From Poseidonia sp. (GTDB lineage: Archaea > Thermoplasmatota > Poseidoniia > Poseidoniales > Poseidoniaceae), in NCBI GenBank assembly GCA_049412325.1, contig JBMSEL010000002.1:14523-78522 (forward strand): 64,000 bases of DNA, read 5' to 3'. The notes beneath the pieces are model-generated. The model was not told the origin of the DNA and did not search any database. It saw only the letters and a list, made by a program, of their open reading frames with translations. This document shows positions 46,961 through 56,636 of this stretch, piece after piece. Position 1 is the stretch's first letter, and each line of letters opens with the position of its first letter. Both the position numbers and the translations under genes were made by a program.

Positions 46961-48216
46961 TGACTTCGCGTTCGTATGTTCAGTTGATTCGTGAGAATCG
47001 CGACTTTCGAAAACTTTGGATTGCAGCCGTCATCTCAATGCTCGGCGAATGGTTCAACACCATCGCGCTCTTTTTCCTCATCCTGGAGTACACTGGAAGT
47101 GAGTTTCTCCTCGGCATGTTGTTTACCGTCCGAATGGCAGGTTTTGCCATTTTACAGCCTTTCATTGGCTTACTTGCAGACCGATTCAACAGAAAAACCC
47201 TCATGGTGGTTTCAAACCTCATGCAAGCAGGTTTTGCCTTGTGTTTCCTTCTCGTCAATGATTCGAGTGATATCGTATGGATGATTGGACTTTCTGGATT
47301 GATGATGGTTCTCCACGGCGTGTACATGACCGCCGAGCGGGCCGCTCTGCCAAATGTCGTATCGGAGGAAGACCTCGCAACAGCCAATGCCCTTGATGCG
47401 GCCTCATGGTCAACTGCTTTGTGCATCGGAGCGATGTTGGGTGGCGTAGTTGTGTCGATTTGGGGGACCAATGCGGCCTTTATCGTAGATTCATTGACCT
47501 TCCTTGTGGGGACGTTGTTCTTGATCAATCTCAAGATTCCGCAGACAATCGATGATTCCATGAAGGGCCCCTTCATCTCGACCGGCATTCAAAACATCAA
47601 ATCAGGATGGAATCGTATTCGCAGCCAACCCGCCCTGTTCAGAATCGTGTTTGCAAAAGCATCATGGAACGTTGCCGGAGGGGGTTTGGCCGGTGTTTAC
47701 CTCGTCCTCATGGGGGCCGATGTCCAAGGCTTCGGCGCTGCCTTTGGATTTGGCTTGTTCTTTTTTGCAAGAGGGGTTGGTACTGGCCTCGGTCCGATTC
47801 TGGCTCGTGCGTTTTTGAAGAACGAAGATGCGTGGCCATCAATGGTGGGTTATCTCATCGTCATCTCTGGTTTGGTGTACTTCATGGTCGGCATCAGTGT
47901 ATCCTACGCGTTATGGATCACAGTTCTCCTGGTGATGATCGCCCACAGTGCAAGCGGAGCCAACTGGGTGTTGTCCACCATCATGATGCAACAATGGGTC
48001 GAGGATGAAGTCCGCGGGCGAGTGTTCTCTACAGACATGTTGATTTTGTCGGTTGCGTTTTCGACATCGACGAGTGTCGCAGGCTATTTGATGGAAAACA
48101 CCAATCTTGGCATTCAACATGGCATCATGTTGTTTTCCAGCGTGATGGTTCTCTCAGGAATCGCTTTTTCTTTGTGGCGGCCAGAATCGCCAAACATCGA
48201 AATTCAGGCTGCTTGA
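46960..48216 (+). CDS. MFS transporter
   Basis: About 12 hydrophobic segments and the MFS motif-A-like GLLADRFNRKT. ATG overlaps the upstream stop (TGATG), with GGAGGAGG upstream. Confidence 0.75.
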   Translation: MTSRSYVQLIRENRDFRKLWIAAVISMLGEWFNTIALFFLILEYTGSEFLLGMLFTVRMAGFAILQPFIGLLADRFNRKTLMVVSNLMQAGFALCFLLVNDSSDIVWMIGLSGLMMVLHGVYMTAERAALPNVVSEEDLATANALDAASWSTALCIGAMLGGVVVSIWGTNAAFIVDSLTFLVGTLFLINLKIPQTIDDSMKGPFISTGIQNIKSGWNRIRSQPALFRIVFAKASWNVAGGGLAGVYLVLMGADVQGFGAAFGFGLFFFARGVGTGLGPILARAFLKNEDAWPSMVGYLIVISGLVYFMVGISVSYALWITVLLVMIAHSASGANWVLSTIMMQQWVEDEVRGRVFSTDMLILSVAFSTSTSVAGYLMENTNLGIQHGIMLFSSVMVLSGIAFSLWRPESPNIEIQAA

Positions 48217-50093
48217 AGACACCGCTCGTGTGTGCAAACGGGTGGCGTGAAGTATCGTCGGTCGTTCGGCTCGAAGGTGTCAAGCTGCAGCGTCGAGGAA
48301 GCGCCCTCTTCAACAAACACAACCGATGAGGTGCTCGCAGGAAGGTAGTCCTCGCCGGTTGACCGGAGACTTAAACGAAGAATATGTCCGGCCGGGACCT
48401 CAGCATCCATGGCAAAGAATTCCATCTTCGCATTGATGGATTGAGCCAGTGGCGTCCACGTTTGGATTTCATCGCCTCCAGCATGATAGCGCAAATCCAT
48501 GATGGCGTGACCAAGATGGATGCAATTGCTTTGATTGTCGCAATCTTCGAGCAAGGCATAGAGTTGGCCACCCAGTGTCGCCGTGGTGACCTCTACATGC
48601 ACCCTCGGCATGCCGGCGATGTGCAGGTTCTCAACAAGTGGTTCGCTTTCCCAGATGGGTCCTGATGAGGCATCTGGGAGCACCGTGGTAGTTCCAGCGA
48701 TGTTGGTCATGCCCGCGCCCAATTCAAACACAAGTTCAGAGGCGTCTGCAGGCGGGTATCGCTCTTCAATTCGCCACGAACCTTGGTTGGATTGAATCTC
48801 AATCCATTGACCAGGTTGGTCTCCAATCCCTTTCAGATAGTAATCAAACCATTCGAGCATATCTTGCATCCAATCAAACCGTATCATTTCTGGGAACGCT
48901 TCACCGCCCCTTCCACCTAAATCTGAGCGGTCATCAAGTTGAACTGGACGGTCAGGATAATCATGGTCCCACTGGCCGAACAATCCCCGTGCTTCAATAC
49001 CCGCATCGATGAGCCGATTAATGGTGGGGACGGCCATGTGTGGGTCAACGTTCCAATCGTGCATGCCTTGAATGAGGTAGACGCTCCCTTTGTAGTTCTC
49101 GAGAACGCGGTCGAGGAAATATCGTTCAGCCCAGTAATCTCCGGCGACCTCTGAACCAAACATGTAGGCACTGACGCCTGTACCTGGTCCAATGATGTAG
49201 TCTGGACACAGGTTTTGGTAATCTTCCTCATCTCCGTCAATACCGTAGGAGCCATACACCCCGTTGTGCATGATGGGGGCTCTTGCTTCGGAAGACCCGT
49301 TTTTCCACATGAGTTCCTTCACACCGATGAGGCCAGAAATGGGAACGATGGTCTTGAGGTAGTCATGTTCTGCTCCAAACATGGCAGCCTGCCATGGTGT
49401 ACTTCCATCGTATGACTTTCCAATCAGGGCCACGGCGCCATTGGACCAGGGTTGTTCAGCGAGCCAACGCACAGCCGCATCGTTGCCCAATTGCTCAGCA
49501 TTCCCCATGAGGTCCATGCAATGGTTGCTTCTGCCAGTTCCCGAAACCGAGATCTGTGCAAAAGCATAGCCATGCGGGAGGATTTGGTCAATGAACATCT
49601 GGCCGAGCCAACTACCGGGGACTTCAATGGAGGGAGTTTCAACGCTTGCCTCTTGGAAATATGGCCCGCTTTCGGCGATGACTGGAACGGTCATTCCATC
49701 TGGTACATCTGGCAACCATACGGCCAAACTGATGAGGCCATTCGGTGCAGCGCCGCCCTCCTCCAGGGGCAGGGTGTATTCTACGAAGTGATGAGTAGAG
49801 TTCCATTCATTTTCAGTTGGTAGCAAAGTGTAGGGGCCAACTTCCAGCGCTACACCAAAATCGCCGTCGGTTTTGTAAGGGAGTGTATAGCGTTCCCAAA
49901 CTGGAACACGGACGCCCAATGTATCTTCATCATCCGCTACGAGGTTGACCAAAGCGTCTCCAAACACGGCGGACAAAAAGAGAAACACCAACGAGATGGC
50001 CAGTGTTGCACCAAGAATCACATTGAATTCTTTTGTAGCCGAGGAATTGGTTGGTTCAATCAATTCCGCGACGATTGGTTCTCCATCGGACAT
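48204..50093 (-). CDS. S15-family (X-Pro dipeptidyl-peptidase / CocE-NonD) hydrolase with N-terminal membrane anchor
   Basis: N-terminal TM LGATLAISLVFLFLSAVF and nucleophile GKSYDGS. The long C-terminal beta domain is typical of the family. ATG50093 chosen. Confidence 0.75.
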   Translation of the reverse strand: MSDGEPIVAELIEPTNSSATKEFNVILGATLAISLVFLFLSAVFGDALVNLVADDEDTLGVRVPVWERYTLPYKTDGDFGVALEVGPYTLLPTENEWNSTHHFVEYTLPLEEGGAAPNGLISLAVWLPDVPDGMTVPVIAESGPYFQEASVETPSIEVPGSWLGQMFIDQILPHGYAFAQISVSGTGRSNHCMDLMGNAEQLGNDAAVRWLAEQPWSNGAVALIGKSYDGSTPWQAAMFGAEHDYLKTIVPISGLIGVKELMWKNGSSEARAPIMHNGVYGSYGIDGDEEDYQNLCPDYIIGPGTGVSAYMFGSEVAGDYWAERYFLDRVLENYKGSVYLIQGMHDWNVDPHMAVPTINRLIDAGIEARGLFGQWDHDYPDRPVQLDDRSDLGGRGGEAFPEMIRFDWMQDMLEWFDYYLKGIGDQPGQWIEIQSNQGSWRIEERYPPADASELVFELGAGMTNIAGTTTVLPDASSGPIWESEPLVENLHIAGMPRVHVEVTTATLGGQLYALLEDCDNQSNCIHLGHAIMDLRYHAGGDEIQTWTPLAQSINAKMEFFAMDAEVPAGHILRLSLRSTGEDYLPASTSSVVFVEEGASSTLQLDTFEPNDRRYFTPPVCTHERCLQAA

Positions 50094-50201
50094 CGTGCTT
50101 CGTTTGGGGGGTCCGAGTTGCCGTTCTTGAACATACGCCCAGCCCGCTTCCTTCGCGTTTTTGAGAACAACCCTCAAAGACATCCTCCCCAAGGTAAGGT
50201 C

Positions 50202-52235
50202 ATGGATGACGATGTGCATGCGATGCAAGCATCCGTCGTGGAGGGTGTCCCGGATGAGCTTCCACCACATCCTGGCTTGGATGATGCCGTTGACCATGCT
50301 CCAAATCGCCGACAGATCTTATCTCCGGCAGAGAAGGTGCTGGCGCTTGAAAACGCTCTCCGGTACATTCCACCAGCGTTTCATCGACAATTAGCGGCAG
50401 AATTCATGGAAGAATTGGACACCTACGGGAGAATTTTGATGCGTCGCTACCGACCCACATCCCATCCAATCAAAGCCTATCCTCTCGATGCCTATCCTGC
50501 CAAATCCTCTCAAGCCGCGGCCATCATGCTGATGATTCACAACAACCTCGATCCTGCCGTTGCTCAATTCCCACAAGAACTCATCACGTACGGCGGAAAC
50601 GGGGCTGTGTTCCAAAATTGGGCCCAATACCGGTTGGTGATGAAATACCTAAGTGAAATGTCCAACGACCAAACACTTGTCATGTATTCAGGCCATCCCT
50701 TGGGCCTCTTCCCATCTCATCCCGATGCACCCAGAGTGGTCGTGACCAATGGCATGGTGATTCCCAACCATTCCAGTCAGGATGATTACGAACGCATGAA
50801 TGCACTTGGCGTGACACAATACGGGCAAATGACTGCGGGCTCCTACATGTACATCGGGCCCCAAGGTATTGTTCACGGCACGACCATCACATTGCTGAAC
50901 GCTGCGAGAATTCACCTCGGACTCAATGACGAGTCCAACCTCGCCGGCGTGACCTTCATCACCAGTGGACTGGGTGGTATGTCTGGTGCTCAGGCAAAAG
51001 CAGCAACCATTGCCGGAGCAGCGTGTATCATTGCAGAAACCAACGCGCATGCAGCGCACAAGCGCCATGAACAGGGTTGGTTGTCCACGGTCACGCATTC
51101 CATCGACGATGCAATTGATCAAATGGTTCAGGCGGCAAACGAAGGTGAGGCCATCTCAATTGGTCTTGTTGGAAACATCGTTGAACTCTGGGAGCGGTGC
51201 GTCGAAAGGAACATCAAGGTCGATTTGGGAAGTGATCAAACAAGCCTCCATAATCCATACCAAGGAGGCTATTTTCCAGCCGGGCGCACCTATGATGAAA
51301 GTGCCACGATGATGTCAGAGAATCCTGATTTGTTCCGCAAAGAAGTCCAAGCAACACTGCGAAGGCATGCAGATGCCATCAATGCCATGGCCTCAAAGGG
51401 CATGTACTTCTGGGATTATGGAAACGCGTTTCTCCTCGAAGCCTCTCGTGTGGGAGCTGACGTGATCAATGAGGACGGCTCCTTTCGATACCCCTCATAC
51501 GTTGAAGACATCATGGGGCCTTTATGTTTCGATTACGGATTCGGCCCTTACAGATGGGTCTGTACCAGCGGTGATCCAGAGGATCTCGCGCGAACCGACG
51601 CCATCGCTGCCGATGTGTTGATGCGAATGCGAGAAGTCGCAACCGAAGATGTCAAACAACAAATCAATGATAATCTGCGCTGGATTCAACAAGCAGGTGA
51701 AAATCAATTGGTCGTTGGTAGCCAAGCACGGATCCTTTACGCCGATGATGTTGGGCGTAGAGAAATCGCCTTGGCCATGAATCGAGCAGTTGCTTCTGGG
51801 GAATTGCGTGGCCCCATTGTCTTGGGACGCGACCACCATGATGTTTCGGGAACGGACAGCCCCTACCGGGAAACAGCCAACATACGTGATGGATCGATGT
51901 TCACGGCTGACATGGCGGTACAGAATGCGATAGGAGATGCATTTCGGGGTGCAACCTGGGTCAGCCTTCACAATGGAGGAGGAGTTGGGTGGGGCGAGGT
52001 CATCAATGGTGGATTTGGTATGCTCCTGGACGGCACTGCCGATGCCGAACGACGACTCCAATCCATGCTTCATTGGGACGTCAACAATGGCGTAGCACGA
52101 CGCGCATGGGCAAGGAACCCCGGTGCAAGAGCAGCGATTCAAAGAGCGATGGAACAGGAACAACATCTCACCGTCACGCTCCCACACCTTGTAGAAACGG
52201 ACCTGTTGGATGATTTTCGGAGTGATGGACGTTGA
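50202..52235 (+). CDS. hutU: Urocanate hydratase, long (eukaryote-like) form
   Basis: Motifs YGGNGAVFQNW, YGQMTAGSYMYIGPQGIVHGT, GLGGMSGAQ, GRDHHDVSGTDSPYRET and WVSLHNGGGVG. 677 aa from ATG50202, with AAGGTAAGG upstream. Confidence 0.9.
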   Translation: MDDDVHAMQASVVEGVPDELPPHPGLDDAVDHAPNRRQILSPAEKVLALENALRYIPPAFHRQLAAEFMEELDTYGRILMRRYRPTSHPIKAYPLDAYPAKSSQAAAIMLMIHNNLDPAVAQFPQELITYGGNGAVFQNWAQYRLVMKYLSEMSNDQTLVMYSGHPLGLFPSHPDAPRVVVTNGMVIPNHSSQDDYERMNALGVTQYGQMTAGSYMYIGPQGIVHGTTITLLNAARIHLGLNDESNLAGVTFITSGLGGMSGAQAKAATIAGAACIIAETNAHAAHKRHEQGWLSTVTHSIDDAIDQMVQAANEGEAISIGLVGNIVELWERCVERNIKVDLGSDQTSLHNPYQGGYFPAGRTYDESATMMSENPDLFRKEVQATLRRHADAINAMASKGMYFWDYGNAFLLEASRVGADVINEDGSFRYPSYVEDIMGPLCFDYGFGPYRWVCTSGDPEDLARTDAIAADVLMRMREVATEDVKQQINDNLRWIQQAGENQLVVGSQARILYADDVGRREIALAMNRAVASGELRGPIVLGRDHHDVSGTDSPYRETANIRDGSMFTADMAVQNAIGDAFRGATWVSLHNGGGVGWGEVINGGFGMLLDGTADAERRLQSMLHWDVNNGVARRAWARNPGARAAIQRAMEQEQHLTVTLPHLVETDLLDDFRSDGR

Positions 52236-53785
52236 CGGTCGAGCCAGTAGTATATGCCGATGGACGGACGCTCACGCCTCAAGAAGTGGCCATGGTTGCC
52301 CAACAAAAAGCTACGGTGGCTGTATCGGAAGATGCCTGGCCAAGCATCCACGCAGCACGTCGCGTGGTGGAGCGCATTGTTGCAGACGGAGAAACGGTTT
52401 ACGGCATTAACACTGGATTTGGAGCCTTGGTTCACGAGCGAATCTCTGTTGATGACCTCGCCCAGCTCCAGCTGAATCTGATTCGTTCACATGCCACGGC
52501 GCTGGGCGATCTGATGGACATTGAAGCGGTTCGTGCCATGATGCTCATTCGACTCAATTCTTTGTGTAAAGGCCACTCTGGTATTCACCCCGATTGCATT
52601 CGCCAACTTGTCCTGTACCTCAACCGGGGCATCCACCCCGCCGTGCCGCGAATAGGAAGTTTGGGGGCGAGTGGGGACCTCGCACCCCTTTCCCATTTGG
52701 CTCTCGCACTCGTTGGTGAGGGGCACGTGCTGGTCGAGGGAAAAAAGCGAGCAACCTCGGAAGTGTTGTTTGAGTCGGGACTGGTCCCCATTGAACTCAC
52801 CGCAAAAGACGGCCTTTCGCTCATCAATGGCACCAGTCAAATGACGGCCTATGCCACCCTTGCTCACCAAGAACTCTCAAACTTGTTGATCATGGCAGAC
52901 TCAGTACTGGCCATGTCCATGGATGCCCGGTCATGCAGCCTCACCCCCTCTCGGCCAGAAATCCATCAAGCCCGGCCGCACCCCGGCCAAGGATTGGTTG
53001 CTGAACGACTCAGGACCTTACTATCCGGGTCCCAGATTCTTGACGGGCATGCCAATTGCGACCGTGTTCAGGACCCGTACTCATTTCGTTGTGCGCCACA
53101 AGTTCACGGAGCCGTTTACGAATCATACCTACGACTTGGCGAGATGGTCACCAAGGAAATGAACAGCGCAACCGATAACCCTCTGATCTTCCCTGAACCG
53201 GACAACCCTGGTCCCCACGAGGTCGTATCGCAAGGAAACTTCCACGGCGAAATTGTAGCGTTGACCTGTGATGCTATGAGTTTGGCCTTGTTTGAATTAG
53301 GTTCGATATCAGAACGCAGGATGGACCAGATGTTAGATCCCGCTCGCAGCAATCTTCCTGCTTTCCTCGCACAAGATTCTGGATTAGAATCTGGTTTGAT
53401 GATTGTGCAATATGTTGCAGGGGCTGCTTTGGCTGAATTGCACGGCCAAGCGACGCCGAGGTCGGCATTTTCAACCACGACCTCCGCAGGTCAAGAAGAC
53501 CATGTCAGCATGGGTGCAACGGCCGCATGGAATCTTCACTTGGGCGTTCGTCGTCTGTCCGAAGTCATTGCGTGTGAAGCATTGATTGCCGCTGAAGCAT
53601 TGGAACACGCAAGTTTACCATCCTCAAATTACGTCAATGGTTTGCATCAATTGATCCGAGGTGTCGCTCCGGCGCTGGAGGGTGATCGCTCAACCTCCGG
53701 GGAATTGATTGAACTCGCATCATGCTTGTCTGAGGGCGGTTGGTTGGCGAGGTTAGAAGCGGAATACGGACGTCTACCGCGTTGA
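52232..53785 (+). CDS. hutH: Histidine ammonia-lyase
   Basis: MIO-forming GASGDLAPLSHL, then NGTSQMTAY and QEDHVSMG. TTG start overlaps the hutU stop. Confidence 0.92.
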   Translation: MTVEPVVYADGRTLTPQEVAMVAQQKATVAVSEDAWPSIHAARRVVERIVADGETVYGINTGFGALVHERISVDDLAQLQLNLIRSHATALGDLMDIEAVRAMMLIRLNSLCKGHSGIHPDCIRQLVLYLNRGIHPAVPRIGSLGASGDLAPLSHLALALVGEGHVLVEGKKRATSEVLFESGLVPIELTAKDGLSLINGTSQMTAYATLAHQELSNLLIMADSVLAMSMDARSCSLTPSRPEIHQARPHPGQGLVAERLRTLLSGSQILDGHANCDRVQDPYSFRCAPQVHGAVYESYLRLGEMVTKEMNSATDNPLIFPEPDNPGPHEVVSQGNFHGEIVALTCDAMSLALFELGSISERRMDQMLDPARSNLPAFLAQDSGLESGLMIVQYVAGAALAELHGQATPRSAFSTTTSAGQEDHVSMGATAAWNLHLGVRRLSEVIACEALIAAEALEHASLPSSNYVNGLHQLIRGVAPALEGDRSTSGELIELASCLSEGGWLARLEAEYGRLPR

Positions 53786-54643
53786 AATCAAATCCTCAAG
53801 ATCTTCGATGTGCTGTTCGACATCCATGAGTGTCATCATTCTGAAATTAAACATCTCTCGTTCGGTTACGCTGAGCTTCTCTCGGTGATGTTCCATCAAC
53901 CTCAAACCATCAATGGCGAGCGTGATCATGGACTCAACGGTAGAATAGAGGGCGTGAACATGGGCGATATCTTTCATTGAGAGGGCAGGTTCCAATGAAG
54001 ACAAATCAAAACCCATCCGTTTCCATTGTAGCATTCGTTTGGACAGAAGTGAGGTGGTAAAACCTTCAACGGGAAGGTTGACCAGATGCGTCAGTCTTCG
54101 CTCATGCCCATGGTCAACCTTCATGTCAGTGGGGGTTTCCAGTTCGATTGCTGTAGGCTCAACGCGCTCCTGAACCACAACTTCGGTTTCCTTGCTCGGC
54201 CATTCAAGGGCTGGTGCGAGGCCTGCTATTCTTCTCCACACCTGGGCCTCCATGCTCAAGGGATCGACAGGTAAAATGACATCCATATCACGCTCAATGG
54301 ACATGCTGTGCAATCGTTGCAACCATGCAAGCGTTGGTTGTGAACCGGTTCTTGAGACCAACCAGTCAATCCCCTCGATGACCAAAAGTTGGGTGGACTC
54401 GTTGAGATGTTGGTTGATATGGGCTTCGAGGACAGGTACATCTGGCTCAACCGAGCGAGCACCATCGTGGTCGGAAATCCACCACATTTCTGCGTTGTTT
54501 GAAGCAACGAAACGAAGCAGTTGTCGCATCGGAAGGCGACTGTAGATGGACACCTTCCCCTCACCTTGCTCAATTTGAGGGGAGAGGAGAGCGTATGTAT
54601 GGGCGGCTGTCCCTGAATCGAGCGTGAACAAGCCTCCCATCAT
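53774..54643 (-). CDS. DUF835-like domain protein with helical C-terminal half
   Basis: The N-terminal half (YSRLP...WWISD...VEP..L..L...I.....LLVIEGIDWLV...G....L.WLQRLHS......MDVILPVDP) matches the DUF835 pattern from memory. The C-terminal half is unassigned. Confidence 0.55.
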   Translation of the reverse strand: MMGGLFTLDSGTAAHTYALLSPQIEQGEGKVSIYSRLPMRQLLRFVASNNAEMWWISDHDGARSVEPDVPVLEAHINQHLNESTQLLVIEGIDWLVSRTGSQPTLAWLQRLHSMSIERDMDVILPVDPLSMEAQVWRRIAGLAPALEWPSKETEVVVQERVEPTAIELETPTDMKVDHGHERRLTHLVNLPVEGFTTSLLSKRMLQWKRMGFDLSSLEPALSMKDIAHVHALYSTVESMITLAIDGLRLMEHHREKLSVTEREMFNFRMMTLMDVEQHIEDLEDLISTR

Positions 54644-54715
54644 CGCCCCTCCTACACCGTGAGTGGGTCAATGACGTTCTAAGGAATTACGCCTCAAACA
54701 TAAAGGAGGTCATCA

Positions 54716-56632
54716 ATGATTATAACGCCGTTCATTGTGGTATTATCAGGTGGCCGAATGAGTGATGATGAACCTGATTCCGTGCCGATGGCTGAATGTG
54801 GTGCTTGCCGAGCCGTTATCCCCATCAATTCTGAGTCATGCCCGGAGTGTGATACGAAGTTTTCTGGCATCTCCGAAGACGCTCTCGGAGAGTGCGGCGG
54901 TTGTCAAGCACTTGTGCCACTCGACTCGACCCGCTGCCCGGAGTGCGGCGTTTTGTTCGTTGCTGATGATGTGGTAGACATCCTGCGGCAGTGGGTCGCA
55001 GACACTGGCATCAACATTCGAAAATTGTTCGATCGTTTTGATGAAAACAGCGATGGAACCATTGATTCTTTAGAACTCAAACAAGGGCTCCTGAGTTTAA
55101 ATTTGGCAGATCTTCCTCCCTCACAAGTTGATCGGCTTGTTGCAGAAATTGATGCCGACGGAAATGGCCTCATCGACCTTGATGAGTTTGATTCGATCTT
55201 AAACGGTGCTGGAGACGAGTCGCCTGAAGATGAAGTATCTGAAGATGAAGCGTCTGAAGTAGACTCCGATGAAGCAGATTCAGCGCTTGTTCCCACATCA
55301 GCCGAAGGCGTTGAGGAAGACGAAGAGGACGCTTCGGAAGAGGCCGCATCTGAAAATCAGCAATCAGAGACTGGCGATGAATACGAAGAGGATCTCGACG
55401 TCGAAGGCGCCTTCGATGACATCGATGATGAAGACTTTGACCTCGAAGATGAAGAAGAGGTTGTGGAAGACGACGAAATTGACCCATCAACCGCGGATGA
55501 TGAGGTCCAAGCCAACGACGAAGATGACGGCGAGGAAGCGACCACGGATGAAGCAGAGGCAGATGCGCCTGTCGAACATCCACTGGCTGCCCTCGCTTCC
55601 ATGATGGACGAGCATGACATCTCGGCTCAGCGGATGTTCAACGAGCTTGACGTGGACGGAAACGGCATGATTTCTCTGGCAGAGTTGCGGACCGCCCTTG
55701 ATGAAAAGTACGGCGAGTTGCTTGAAACTGATGATGTGGACGCCATCATGGAAGCTGTTGATGATGATGGAGATGGAATGATTGACATCACCGAATTTTA
55801 TGACTCGATGGAATCGCTTGAGGATCATGAAGAGGCTGTTGAAGCACACGCTGCGGAGAAGGAATTCCCGAGCGTTTGGCAAAAGCGAATGATGTCAAAA
55901 TCATGGAACGACGCCGTTTGGCCCATCCTCCATGTTGGGTTCGGCATCCTGATTGCACTTGTCCTTGTCAATGCACTTTTCGGACCTGTTGATGGCAGTG
56001 GTGGCAACGTTGCCTATGTGCCAAACGATTCAGGATTGATCCCTGGGGATGGTTTGGTGGAAGGCGACGTCTACAAGTGCGACGAAAAATACCAAGAAGG
56101 AGGATGCCCCAATTCCCTGACGATTATGGGAGGGCCTGATTCTGACTTTTCCATGCCAAAGGGATTCTACCTTGACGGCATCATACTGTTGATGCTTTCC
56201 ACCATCGGGCTCATTGGGTCGTTGTTCTTGCACCTCGTGAAGGCTCCAGAATGGCGTGCTCGAGCCAAGGCCATGAAGGAATTCGGTGAAGACAAAGCCG
56301 ATGCATCCAATGAATCAGAGGATGAGGGAGCAGAAACCGACGAAGATGAATCCGAAGATGGAGACAATGATGCTGAATCAGAATTGGAGGCAGACGCGGA
56401 TGATGATGAGGACCTGGATGAGGAGGAAGATGAGGTCGAAAGTCTCGATGAAGAGGATGATGAGGTCGAAGATGCCATCGACATTGGTTCGCACATTGGG
56501 TTGGTGTTTGATGATGAAGAAATCTTTGGAGTCATTGTTGAATTCGACGATGAGGAAGAGACCGTCACCATTGAAGAAGACGGCACTGGAGACCTGGTGA
56601 CCGGCTACCAAGAGGACATGTTCATTGAGTGA
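54716..56632 (+). CDS. Membrane protein with two zinc ribbons, four EF-hand Ca2+-binding loops and poly-acidic linkers
   Basis: CGAC..CPEC and CGGC..CPEC ribbons. EF loops DENSDGTIDSLE, DADGNGLIDLDE, DVDGNGMISLAE and DDDGDGMIDITE. Two TM helices. Strong SD AAGGAGG lies 6 nt before ATG54716. Confidence 0.75.
   Translation: MIITPFIVVLSGGRMSDDEPDSVPMAECGACRAVIPINSESCPECDTKFSGISEDALGECGGCQALVPLDSTRCPECGVLFVADDVVDILRQWVADTGINIRKLFDRFDENSDGTIDSLELKQGLLSLNLADLPPSQVDRLVAEIDADGNGLIDLDEFDSILNGAGDESPEDEVSEDEASEVDSDEADSALVPTSAEGVEEDEEDASEEAASENQQSETGDEYEEDLDVEGAFDDIDDEDFDLEDEEEVVEDDEIDPSTADDEVQANDEDDGEEATTDEAEADAPVEHPLAALASMMDEHDISAQRMFNELDVDGNGMISLAELRTALDEKYGELLETDDVDAIMEAVDDDGDGMIDITEFYDSMESLEDHEEAVEAHAAEKEFPSVWQKRMMSKSWNDAVWPILHVGFGILIALVLVNALFGPVDGSGGNVAYVPNDSGLIPGDGLVEGDVYKCDEKYQEGGCPNSLTIMGGPDSDFSMPKGFYLDGIILLMLSTIGLIGSLFLHLVKAPEWRARAKAMKEFGEDKADASNESEDEGAETDEDESEDGDNDAESELEADADDDEDLDEEEDEVESLDEEDDEVEDAIDIGSHIGLVFDDEEIFGVIVEFDDEEETVTIEEDGTGDLVTGYQEDMFIE
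55213..55570 (+). repeat. GAA/GAT-rich low-complexity coding tract (poly-Asp/Glu linker)
   Basis: Translation is about 120 aa dominated by D/E (e.g. EDEVSEDEASEVDSDEAD...DIDDEDFDLEDEEEVVEDDE). Confidence 0.6.
56306..56480 (+). repeat. Second poly-acidic low-complexity coding tract
   Basis: Translation: SNESEDEGAETDEDESEDGDNDAESELEADADDDEDLDEEEDEVESLDEEDDEVED. Confidence 0.6.
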
Positions 56633-56636
56633 GCAC

